From: Acidimicrobiales bacterium
Lineage (GTDB): Bacteria; Actinomycetota; Acidimicrobiia; Acidimicrobiales; Bog-793
NCBI GenBank assembly: GCA_035534715.1
Contig: DATLRJ010000020.1
Location: 6-64,005 of the forward strand
Length of the DNA: 64,000 bases
Reading direction: 5' to 3'
Shown: positions 37,853 through 48,125 of the stretch, one piece after another
Position numbering within the stretch: the stretch's first letter is position 1
Layout of the letters: each line of letters opens with the position of its first letter
Made by a program: the position numbers and the translations under genes
Notes under the pieces: model-generated
What the model saw: only the letters and a program-made list of their open reading frames with translations
Told to the model about the DNA's origin: nothing
Databases searched by the model: none

Positions 37853-39630
37853 CCCTTCAGGTAGTCGAGCAGCTGCTTCGGGTCGTGGGCGCGGTCGAAG
37901 GCCACGGTCTCGCTGATCTTGCGGTCACGGACGGCCTCCGCCAACGCCTGGTCCATCGTCTGCATGCCGCTCGAGCCGCCGGTCTGCATCAGCGAGTAGA
38001 TCTGGTGGGTCTTCGACGAGCGAATGAGGTTGCGGATCGCGGGCGTGCAGACCATCACCTCGGCGACGGGCACGCGTCCGACCCCGCCCTCGGCGATGAC
38101 GAGCTGCTGGGTGACGACCGCCTCGAGCGCGCCGGCGAGCTGGACGCGCACCTGGTCCTGCTGGTTGGTCGGGAAGACGTCGACGATCCGGTCGATCGTC
38201 TGCGGCGCGTCCTGGGTGTGCAGGGTCGCGAACACGAGGTGGCCGGTCTCGGCCGCCGTGAGCGCGGTCGAGATCGTCTCGAGATCCCTCATCTCGCCGA
38301 CGAGGATGACGTCGGGGTCCTGGCGCAGCACGTGCCGCAGGCACTCGGCGAACGACGACGTGTCCTGCCCGACCTCGCGCTGGTTCACGATCGAGCGCTT
38401 GTGCTCGTGGTGGAACTCGATCGGGTCCTCGACGGTCATGATGTGGAGCGGCTTCGTGGCGTTGATGCGGTCGACGACCGCGGCGAGCGTCGTGGACTTG
38501 CCCGAGCCCGTCGGACCGGTGAGGAGCACGAGACCGCGCCGGAGGTCGGCGAACGACGAGACCGCCCGCGGCAGGTCGAGCGACTCGAGCGTCGGCACGC
38601 CGGGTGGGATCGTGCGGAAGACCGCACCGACCGAACCGCGCTGCTGGAACACCGACAGACGGAACCGGCCCACGTCGGGGATCTCGTAGGAGGTATCGAG
38701 CTCCTTCGAGGCCTCGTAGCGCTCCCGCACCGACTGGGGCAGGATCTGGAAGATCATGTCCCGCAGCACGAGCGGCTCGATGGGCTCGAGATCCTCGATC
38801 GGCCGGATCGAGCCGTCGATGCGCACCGCCGGCGCGAAGCGGGCCGCGAGGTGCAGGTCGGAGGCGCCGTGCTCGACGGCGAAGACGAGCAGGTCGTTCA
38901 CGTCGCTCGCGAACGGCCGGCCGAAGGGACCCGGGCGGCGGTCCGACGGCGCGGGACCGGACGGAGCCGAGCGATCGGGCACGGGAGCCGGCCCGAGGTC
39001 GAGGACGACCCGCGTCGAGGGCGAGTCCTTCTCGGCACCGCGGCCGTTCGCCGCCGAACCGTCCTCGAGCGACCCGCCGTAGGGCGCCGAGGCTGCAGGC
39101 GGCTGCACCTCGCGAGGCGCAGCGCGCGTCAGTAGCTTCACGGAATCCTCCTCGTCGCTCATGCGCGCGCTCGTCGGGGATCCACCGTGCGCGATGAGCC
39201 TGTCGATGACGACCGGGTCCGCGAGAACACACCCGGCGATCCCGCAGTCGAGCGCCGACGCGATCGACTGCAGGTGGTCCGCGGCAAGTGGCTCGGAGCA
39301 CGCGAGCACGAGATAGCCGTCCTCGAGCCGCTGTCCGATCGCCCGGTGGTAGCGCGCGACCGCGAGCGGGACCGCGGCCGCGGCCGCGAGCGTCGGAGGG
39401 TCGCGGTCGAGGTCCACGGCGCGAAGACCGGAGATCGCGGACAGGCACTCGAGCGCCTCGGCGCTGTCGACGATCCCGTCGTGCGCGAGCAGGATCGCGA
39501 CGGGAGTGCCGCTCGCGGCGCTGCGCGCGAGCGCGGCGCGCGCCGCGTCCGCATCGAGCCGGCCGCTCGAGACGAGGGCCTCGGCGAGGCGCCGGGACCA
39601 TTCCGAGACCGGAGTCGTTGCAATGCTCAT
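37849..39630 (-). CDS. pilT: PilT-family retraction ATPase with N-terminal T2SSE_N/MshEN-like domain
   Basis: C-terminal 360 aa: Walker A GPTGSGKST, DPDVILVGEMRD, and PAIRNLIRSSKTHQIYSLMQTG (AIRNLIRE-type motif). N-terminal 150 aa resemble the GspE/PilB N-domain. A Pro/Ala/Ser linker joins the two. Confidence 0.9.
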   Translation of the reverse strand: MSIATTPVSEWSRRLAEALVSSGRLDADAARAALARSAASGTPVAILLAHDGIVDSAEALECLSAISGLRAVDLDRDPPTLAAAAAVPLAVARYHRAIGQRLEDGYLVLACSEPLAADHLQSIASALDCGIAGCVLADPVVIDRLIAHGGSPTSARMSDEEDSVKLLTRAAPREVQPPAASAPYGGSLEDGSAANGRGAEKDSPSTRVVLDLGPAPVPDRSAPSGPAPSDRRPGPFGRPFASDVNDLLVFAVEHGASDLHLAARFAPAVRIDGSIRPIEDLEPIEPLVLRDMIFQILPQSVRERYEASKELDTSYEIPDVGRFRLSVFQQRGSVGAVFRTIPPGVPTLESLDLPRAVSSFADLRRGLVLLTGPTGSGKSTTLAAVVDRINATKPLHIMTVEDPIEFHHEHKRSIVNQREVGQDTSSFAECLRHVLRQDPDVILVGEMRDLETISTALTAAETGHLVFATLHTQDAPQTIDRIVDVFPTNQQDQVRVQLAGALEAVVTQQLVIAEGGVGRVPVAEVMVCTPAIRNLIRSSKTHQIYSLMQTGGSSGMQTMDQALAEAVRDRKISETVAFDRAHDPKQLLDYLKG

Positions 39631-39673
39631 GCGACCACCTTGTCCGCTACTCCCACGTACGTCGCGGTCCGGG

Positions 39674-42127
39674 TCATACGATCACCCTCAGGATCTCCTC
39701 GAGGCTCGTGAGCCCCATCGCGGCCTTGCGAAGGCCGTCGCGGTGAAGTGTCGTCATCCCTTCGAATATCGCGAGGCGCTTGATGTCCTCGGTCGACGCG
39801 CGCGCGAGGATCGCCCGCTCGACCTCCTCGGTGACGGGCATCACCTCCTGGACCGCGAGCCGGCCCCGATAGCCGGTTCCGCTGCACGCCTGGCAACCGA
39901 CCGCTCGGCGGAACTGGAGCTCGCCGGACTCGGGCGCGTCGGCCTCGACCCAGCGCGACGCGATGAGCTCCTGCTGCGTCGGCTCGTACGGCTCGGCACA
40001 GATGTCGCACAGCAGCCGCGCGAGCCGCTGCGCGAGCACGCAGTCGAGCGCCGAGCAGACGAGGAAGGGCTCGACGCCCATCTCGATGAGCCGCAGCGGC
40101 GTGCTCGCCGCGTCGTTCGTGTGCAGGCACGTGAGCACGAGGTGGCCGGTGAGCGCGGCCTCGATCGCGATCGTCGCGGTCTCGCGGTCGCGGATCTCGC
40201 CGACGAGCACGATGTCGGGGTCCGAACGCAGGATCGACCGGAGCGCGCTCGCGAAGCTGAGGCCGGCGCGCGGATTGACCTGCACCTGGTTCACGCCTCG
40301 CAGCTGGTACTCGACGGGGTCCTCGACCGTGATCAGGTTCCGCTCGGGCAAGTTGAGCTTGTTCAGCGTCGCGTACAGCGTCGTCGACTTCCCCGACCCC
40401 GTCGGACCGGTCACGAGGATCGTCCCGGACGGCTTCTTGTAGGACTCCTCGTAACGGGAGAGGACCTCGGGCAGGAAGCCGAGGCGCGCGAGGTCGAGCG
40501 GCGCGGTCGACTTGTCGAGCACCCGGAGGACGACCTTCTCGCCGTGCACGGTCGGGAGCGTCGCGACGCGCAGGTCGATCTCGCGCGCGCTCGCGGTGAG
40601 CGACAGGCGTCCGTCCTGGGGCACCCGGTGCTCGGCGATGTCGAGGTCGGCCATGATCTTGAGACGGGAGATCACGCCGCCCTGGATCGACTTCGGGGCG
40701 CTCGTCACGTGGTGGAGCACGCCGTCGATCCGGAAGCGCACCTGCAGGTCGTCCGAGCTCGGCTCGATGTGGACGTCCGAGGCCCGCTCGTTGAGCGCCT
40801 GGCGCAGGATGAGGTTCACGAACTTCACGATCGGCGCGTCCTCGACGACCGCGTGGAGGTCGTTGAGCTCGCCGAACTGCGTCGCCTCGGAGGCGGCCGC
40901 CGAGAGTGCGGCGTTGCGCGCCGCGACGTTCGCCTCCTCGTTGTGCCGGTAGGTCCGCGACAGGTAGTCCTCGACCTGCTGCGCCGTGCAGATGACCGTG
41001 ACGACCTCTCGGCCGAGCAGCGTCCGGACGTCGTCGAGCGCGAACACGTCGGACGGGTTCACCATCGCGATGATCGGACGGTCGCCGCGGAAGCCGATCG
41101 CGATGATCCGGTACCGGCGCGCGAGCGACTCGGGGAGCAGCTGCGCGGCGACCGGGTCGATCGCCCAGTTGTTCAGGTCGACGAACTCGATGCCCTCGAC
41201 GAGCGCGACCGCTCGTTGCAGGTCGGCCTCGCTCACGATGCCGAGCTCCGCGATGATCTCGCGAAGGGAACGGCCCGAGGACTGCTGATGGCGCAGCGCG
41301 ACCTCGAGGTCCGCCGCGCTGACCGCACCGGCGTCGAGAAGGACCTGTTCGAGCGCGGGTTTCGGCCCGCTGAGGTCCACGGGCGGGACGAGGTCGTCCG
41401 GCTCGTCGAACAGCGCGCCGAGCGCGACGGCGCTCGGGTCGGCTTCGCCGGGCTCGTCCGTCGCCACGACGTCGAGGTCGCCACTGTCGGCCGAGGCGCC
41501 GGTCGTCGCCGCCTCGACATAGGGCGCGTCCTGCACCGCGCCCTCGGCGGGCTCGTCCGAGGTCACCTCGCCGTCGGCATCGCCCGGCGCGGCCTCGCCG
41601 GCGCCGGCGCCGGGAACAGCCGCGCTCCCCGCCGTCCAGTCGTCGAGGCCGTCCGCTCCCGTCGGCACGAGCTCGGCGGGTCCCGCTGCCGCAGCGGGAC
41701 GCCTCGCCCCGGTCGTGGTCGGTGACGCCGTGCCGCGCTTCGGGCTGTTCGCGTAGACGCGCTCGATCCAGCGGTCGATCTGGATGCCGCTCGCGACCAC
41801 GATGTGCACGTCCCGCCCTGCGGCGAGGTAGATGTCGTCGAGCAGGAAGAGGTCCTCGGGGGTCGCGACCGCGACGACGGGCAGCCCGTAGCGCCAGCCG
41901 ACGGCGACCGCGCGGTCGCGGCGCGACCGGTCCTCCGGGAGCACGTCCGCCGACGTCGGGTCGAGCTCGAACATCTCGAGGTCGACGAAGTCGAAGCCGG
42001 CCTGGATCGCGGCCTGCCGCGCACGGGCGATGTCCTCGGCGAGGAGCGTCGCGTCGGCGTCGTCGGTGGCGAAGGTCACTGCCGGGAACTCCGCCTCGAC
42101 GACGTCCTCGTCCGCCATGGACACCAT
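39674..42127 (-). CDS. pilB: Type IV pilus extension ATPase (GspE/PilB family) with two N-terminal T2SSE_N domains
   Basis: Walker A GPTGSGKST. Tetracysteine CDIC...CQACSGTGYRGR. Two copies of the N-domain pattern. Start ATG 42127 supported by an upstream GGAG and stop/start overlap with a small ORF. Confidence 0.9.
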   Translation of the reverse strand: MVSMADEDVVEAEFPAVTFATDDADATLLAEDIARARQAAIQAGFDFVDLEMFELDPTSADVLPEDRSRRDRAVAVGWRYGLPVVAVATPEDLFLLDDIYLAAGRDVHIVVASGIQIDRWIERVYANSPKRGTASPTTTGARRPAAAAGPAELVPTGADGLDDWTAGSAAVPGAGAGEAAPGDADGEVTSDEPAEGAVQDAPYVEAATTGASADSGDLDVVATDEPGEADPSAVALGALFDEPDDLVPPVDLSGPKPALEQVLLDAGAVSAADLEVALRHQQSSGRSLREIIAELGIVSEADLQRAVALVEGIEFVDLNNWAIDPVAAQLLPESLARRYRIIAIGFRGDRPIIAMVNPSDVFALDDVRTLLGREVVTVICTAQQVEDYLSRTYRHNEEANVAARNAALSAAASEATQFGELNDLHAVVEDAPIVKFVNLILRQALNERASDVHIEPSSDDLQVRFRIDGVLHHVTSAPKSIQGGVISRLKIMADLDIAEHRVPQDGRLSLTASAREIDLRVATLPTVHGEKVVLRVLDKSTAPLDLARLGFLPEVLSRYEESYKKPSGTILVTGPTGSGKSTTLYATLNKLNLPERNLITVEDPVEYQLRGVNQVQVNPRAGLSFASALRSILRSDPDIVLVGEIRDRETATIAIEAALTGHLVLTCLHTNDAASTPLRLIEMGVEPFLVCSALDCVLAQRLARLLCDICAEPYEPTQQELIASRWVEADAPESGELQFRRAVGCQACSGTGYRGRLAVQEVMPVTEEVERAILARASTEDIKRLAIFEGMTTLHRDGLRKAAMGLTSLEEILRVIV

Positions 42128-42282
42128 CAACGCTCCGCCACGCGGCACGGCCCGCCCACGGGCAACGCGATCGACCGGCGGGCGCGTGTCGAGACGAGGG
42201 CCGCGGCACTCCGGGCCGGCACCGGCGCCGCGTAGTAGCGTCGCCGCGGCACGCTCGGCGTCTGCTCGACAACAAGGGACAC
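42127..42282 (-). CDS. Candidate 51-codon upstream ORF translationally coupled to pilB
   Basis: AGGAGG (42294-42289) 6 nt before GTG 42282. Its TGA shares one base with the pilB ATG (TGATG). G/C-rich third positions. Basic Arg/Pro/Ala-rich product with no recognisable family. Confidence 0.3.
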   Translation of the reverse strand: MSLVVEQTPSVPRRRYYAAPVPARSAAALVSTRARRSIALPVGGPCRVAER

Positions 42283-42366
42283 TGTGCGCCTCCTGGAGAT
42301 GTTGACGGCAGTTCCGGGCCGCGGATTGAACACGAACTCGCCCCCGCCGGACCGGACGGCGCCCCG

Positions 42367-43131
42367 GTGATCGCGGATGTGGTCGCGGCGCTGTTCGGCC
42401 TGGTCGTGGGGTCGTTCCTCACGGTCGTCACCGCCCGCGTGCCCGAGGGCGAGTCGGTCGTCGCCCCCAGCTCACGCTGCCCGGCCTGCGGCGTGCCGAT
42501 CCGGCCGCTCGACAACGTGCCGCTCGTCTCCTACGCGCTCCGGCGAGGTCGCTGCCGTGCGTGCGGCACGCACATCTCGCTGCGCTACCCCGCGACGGAG
42601 CTCGCGACGGCGGCGCTGTTCACGGCCGTCACCGCGCGCGCGCCGACGCTGTGGGCCGCCCCCGCGTACTGCGTGCTCGTCGCCGGGCTCGTCGCGCTCT
42701 CGGTCGTCGACCTCGAGCGCTTCCGCCTCCCGACGCCGATCATCGTCGCGACCGGCGTCGTCGGCCTGCCGTTGCTCCTGCTCCCGGCGGTCGCGGACCA
42801 CGACCTCTCGTCGCTCGTGCGAGTGCCGGTCGCCGGCGCGGTCGGCTTCGCCCTGCTCGGGGTCGTGTTCGTCGCGGCGCCTCGGGGCATGGGCTTCGGC
42901 GACGTCCGTCTCGCCGGCCTCTGCGGCGCGTTCCTCGGCTGGCTCGGGTATCGCGTCGTCGCGGTCGGGCTCGTCCTCGGCTTCGTGTCCGCCGGCGCCG
43001 TCGCGGTCGTGCTGCTCGCGCTGGGGCGCGCCGGACGGAAGACGCGCCTTCCGTTCGGACCGTTCCTCGCGCTCGGCACCGTCGTCGCGGTCCTCTTCGG
43101 ACCCGACCTCGCGCGCGCCTGGCTCGGCTGA
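42367..43131 (+). CDS. pilD: Prepilin peptidase (A24 family)
   Basis: CPACG...CRACG zinc motif. GMGFGDV and PFGPFLA catalytic Asp regions. GTG start. Confidence 0.9.
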   Translation: MIADVVAALFGLVVGSFLTVVTARVPEGESVVAPSSRCPACGVPIRPLDNVPLVSYALRRGRCRACGTHISLRYPATELATAALFTAVTARAPTLWAAPAYCVLVAGLVALSVVDLERFRLPTPIIVATGVVGLPLLLLPAVADHDLSSLVRVPVAGAVGFALLGVVFVAAPRGMGFGDVRLAGLCGAFLGWLGYRVVAVGLVLGFVSAGAVAVVLLALGRAGRKTRLPFGPFLALGTVVAVLFGPDLARAWLG

Positions 43132-43182
43132 GCCGGGCCGCTCGCGGCGCGGCGCCGTCGGGTCGCGGGCGGATCCGCTCGG

Positions 43183-44280
43183 TCAGCCGAGGACCGACTG
43201 GGCCATCCCCTGGCGCTGCAGCATGATGCGCAGATCGTGCGAGTTGGGCGCCGAGGCGATCGCTGCCTCGACGTCGATGGCCCCCTCGCGGAGCAGACCG
43301 ACGAGGGACTGCGCGAACGTCTGCATCCCGTAGTAGTCGCCCTCGGCCACGATCTCGGCGATGTTGCTCGTGTGCACGGGCTCGACGATGCACTGCTGGA
43401 TCCGGCCGTTCACGACCATGATCTCGAGCGCGGGCACGCGCCCGGAACCGTCCGCGGTCGTGACGAGGCGCTGGCAGATCGTGCCCCGCAGCGCGCCCGC
43501 GAGCGAGAGCCGGGCCTGGCGCTGCTGGCTCGGGGGGAAGAAGTCGATGATCCGGTTCACGGTCTCGACCGAGTCGCCCGTGTGCAGCGTCGAGAGCACG
43601 AGGTGCCCCGTCTCGGCTGCCGTGAGCGCGGTCTCGACCGTCTCGGGGTCGCGCATCTCGCCGACGAGGATGACGTCGGGGTCCTCGCGCAACGCCGAGC
43701 GGAGCGCGACGTTGAAGTTGTCGGTGTCGAATCCGACCTCGCGCTGGCTGATCGACGCGAGGTTGTCCCGGTGCAGCACCTCGATCGGGTCCTCGATCGT
43801 CACGATGTGGCACTCGCGCGTCTTGTTCAGGTGGTCGATCATCGCGGCGAGCGTCGTCGTCTTGCCGCACCCGGTCGGTCCGGTCACGAGCACGATCCCG
43901 CGCGGCTCCTCCGCGAGCCGGCGCACGGCGTCCGGCAGGCCGAGCTCGGCGAGCGTCTGGGTTCCGGGCCGGACGTGACGGAAGACCATCGACACGGTGC
44001 CGCGCTGGCGGAACGCGTTGACACGGAAGCGGCCGAGCTGGGAGACCGAGTACGCGAAGTCGGCCTCCGACGACACCTCGAACCGCTGCCACACGCGCTC
44101 GTGCATGATCACCTTCGCGAGCGCCTCGAGGTCGCCGCCGTCGATGACCCGCTGGTCCGTCATCCGGCGCAGGACGCCGTTCACGCGCATGCGCGGTGGC
44201 GAGCCGGCCTTGACGTGAAGGTCGGAGCCCTCCGCCTTCACGAGCTTGCCCAGGACCGCGTCCAGATCGTGCTGATCCAT
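43183..44280 (-). CDS. pilU: PilT/PilU-family ATPase (PilU-like, lacks AIRNLIRE)
   Basis: Walker A GPTGCGKTT and DPDVILVGEMRD. The AIRNLIRE position reads GRIQQCIVE. C-terminal NSHDLRIML resembles PilU. GAGGAGGG SD. Confidence 0.85.
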   Translation of the reverse strand: MDQHDLDAVLGKLVKAEGSDLHVKAGSPPRMRVNGVLRRMTDQRVIDGGDLEALAKVIMHERVWQRFEVSSEADFAYSVSQLGRFRVNAFRQRGTVSMVFRHVRPGTQTLAELGLPDAVRRLAEEPRGIVLVTGPTGCGKTTTLAAMIDHLNKTRECHIVTIEDPIEVLHRDNLASISQREVGFDTDNFNVALRSALREDPDVILVGEMRDPETVETALTAAETGHLVLSTLHTGDSVETVNRIIDFFPPSQQRQARLSLAGALRGTICQRLVTTADGSGRVPALEIMVVNGRIQQCIVEPVHTSNIAEIVAEGDYYGMQTFAQSLVGLLREGAIDVEAAIASAPNSHDLRIMLQRQGMAQSVLG

Positions 44281-44313
44281 CGATCGCCCTCCTCGGGCGC
44301 TGCTAACGGACGG

Positions 44314-44772
44314 TCACGGATCCCGATTGAGCTGGTCGCAGATCCTCGCGAGGAAGGCCCGCAACGTCGACTCGGCGACGCGGTGGAGCAGCAGCTGGTC
44401 GACGCCCCTGCCGATCGCCCCGCCCGGCGGCTTGTACCGGGCGCGAAGCACGACCTCGGTCCTCGCGAGCCCGAACGGCGCGGCCTCGAGATCGGCGTCC
44501 AGCTGGGGAAAGAGCGATCCTGCGGCCGTCGCGCTCCACGAGAACGCGAGCAACGCCCGGTCGGTGAGGACCCGCACCGGTCCACGTTCGATCTCCACGG
44601 CCTTCGCGAGCAGCGCCGGCCAGGTCGGCGGCCCGACCCGGACCCGCAGGCGCTCGCCCTCGGCGCGCGCCGAGTCGAGCGCGCCGCCGAGCAGCGCGTC
44701 GGCCTCGCCCGCGAGGCGCGCCGCCACCCGGTCGAACGCCTGGTCGACGAGTGCGAAGTCCTGGACGAACAC
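44314..44772 (-). CDS. Hypothetical protein (152 aa)
   Basis: Coding-like composition. 33 nt upstream of the pilU-like gene and 35 nt downstream of the usp gene, on the same strand. No family recognised. Confidence 0.6.
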   Translation of the reverse strand: MFVQDFALVDQAFDRVAARLAGEADALLGGALDSARAEGERLRVRVGPPTWPALLAKAVEIERGPVRVLTDRALLAFSWSATAAGSLFPQLDADLEAAPFGLARTEVVLRARYKPPGGAIGRGVDQLLLHRVAESTLRAFLARICDQLNRDP

Positions 44773-44807
44773 GCTCGGATCCGCCGGTCCGTCGCGATCG
44801 GACCCGG

Positions 44808-45290
44808 TCAGGACCGGACGATCGTGACAGGACAGTGCGCGTGCTGCGCAACCTGCGCGCTCACCGAGCCGAGGAGCAGCCCCGAGAAGCCGCCGCGGCC
44901 ACGCGACCCGACGACCACGAGGATGGCGTTCTTCGCCGCCTCGAGGATCTGCTCGGCCGCGGGCCCCTCACGAAGATCTCGCTCGACGAGCATCCCCGGC
45001 TTCGGGCCGAGCACGTGCACGACCTGGCGCTCGAGGTCCTCCCTCGCCGCCGGCTCGATGTCCTCGAAGGCCGCGGGCGGGAGGTACGCGCTGTAACTCC
45101 AGCTCGGCAGGTTCCAGGAGTGGACGACCCGGAGCGAGGCGCCCCGGAGCCTCGCCTCCTCCGCCGCCCACGCGAGCGCGGCGTCCGACGCCTTGGAGCC
45201 GTCGACGCCGACGACCACGACCGGACCGGCGTCCGACTCGTCCGTGCGCCCCTCGTCCTCGCGATCCACCGACGCCACGTCCACGGGCAA
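44808..45290 (-). CDS. Universal stress protein (UspA family)
   Basis: VVVGVDGS...ALAWA and VVGSRGRGGFSGLLLGSVSAQVAQHAHCPV motifs. TTG/GTG start region with GGAGG. Confidence 0.85.
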   Translation of the reverse strand: MPVDVASVDREDEGRTDESDAGPVVVVGVDGSKASDAALAWAAEEARLRGASLRVVHSWNLPSWSYSAYLPPAAFEDIEPAAREDLERQVVHVLGPKPGMLVERDLREGPAAEQILEAAKNAILVVVGSRGRGGFSGLLLGSVSAQVAQHAHCPVTIVRS

Positions 45291-45373
45291 CCACCTCCGC
45301 GAGCGATGGTCGCATCAGGTTGGCGGGCGCAATAGGGCCGTTCGGACCTGTTCGCGCGGCGAGCGCGGGACGG

Positions 45374-47243
<1,870 letters not shown>

Positions 47244-47248
47244 GCTCG

Positions 47249-47315
47249 GGCGGGTCGAGCGCAGGCGGGTCGAGCGCAGGCGGGTCGATCGCGGGCGGGT
47301 CGAGCGCGGGCGGTG
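47249..47315. repeat. 15-bp intergenic tandem repeat, about 4.4 copies
   Basis: ggcgggtcgagcgca at 47249, 47264, 47279 (variant), 47294 (variant) and a partial copy. Starts 6 nt after the kinase stop. Confidence 0.85.
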
Positions 47316-47330
47316 GCCCTCCGGACGCGG

Positions 47331-47367
47331 CACCACCCGGCCCGATGGACTTCCGGGCCGGGTGGTG
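47331..47367. terminator. Strong hairpin between convergent genes
   Basis: caccacccggcccg (47331-44) pairs with cgggccgggtggtg (47354-67), with a 9-nt loop. No clear U-tract. Confidence 0.55.
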
Positions 47368-47399
47368 GCCTCGCCAGGAGCCGGCGAGCCTGGTGGGGG

Positions 47400-48005
47400 T
47401 CAGACGGTCGTCAGCTCCCGATTCTCCGCGGCATGTGCGAGGAGCTCGACGCTCTCGGGCACCTTGCGGGAGTGCATGAAGCCGAGCGCCACGAGCAGTG
47501 CCATGACACCGGCGAGGACGAAGGACGCGATCGCCGCCCACAGGGCGATGGCCGCGAGCTGTGAGAAGCCGTACGCCTCGAGGAGCAGGCCGCGAAGCGT
47601 GGTCCCGCGGAACGTGGTCTGGACCTCGGCGGCGAGCGCCGCGTTCTTCGGGGCCGCCATCGAGGCCGCGCTCACCTTCGAGTACACCCCGCCGTACGGC
47701 ATCTCGGACAGGTGCACCGCGATGAAGTGGTCCGCGTACGCCTCGGCCTGGGCCCCGGTCGTGAGCTGCTGGCCCGCGTACTTGAGCAGGTAGGGCTTCA
47801 TCCCGGGCGTGATCTCCGTGCCCGGCTTCGCGTTCGCGAACGCCGCCTTGCTGGGGAAGAAGATCTGCTGCTGGGCGAGCTGGTTGTGGACGTTCGACGT
47901 CGCGAAGCTGTTGCCCCACAGGAGCAAGGATCCGGCGACCAGAAGTACCACCACGATCACGGCCCCCACTGCGCTTGCCAGAACATCGAATACCTTGCGT
48001 CGCAT
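47400..48005 (-). CDS. Membrane protein with N- and C-terminal TM helices (201 aa), conserved-hypothetical type
   Basis: TM at residues about 10-32 and 160-185 flanking a soluble region. No family call. Confidence 0.7.
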   Translation of the reverse strand: MRRKVFDVLASAVGAVIVVVLLVAGSLLLWGNSFATSNVHNQLAQQQIFFPSKAAFANAKPGTEITPGMKPYLLKYAGQQLTTGAQAEAYADHFIAVHLSEMPYGGVYSKVSAASMAAPKNAALAAEVQTTFRGTTLRGLLLEAYGFSQLAAIALWAAIASFVLAGVMALLVALGFMHSRKVPESVELLAHAAENRELTTV

Positions 48006-48125
48006 CTCGTGCTCCTCTCGTGAAAACGATCTGGGAACACGATGCCGTGCCAGGTTCCGCGGCGACAGGGTCGAACGACCCGGCCGGAGGGCCCAACTCT
48101 CGCGGCGCCCGTCGGCGCCGCGCCG

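Noticed and set aside
28413-44280. Absence of a secretin (PilQ), PilP or Tad-type genes, as a sign of an incomplete pilus locus.
   Set aside because: A monoderm cell envelope does not need a secretin. The remaining core set (pilin, peptidase, platform, PilMNO, ATPases) is complete.
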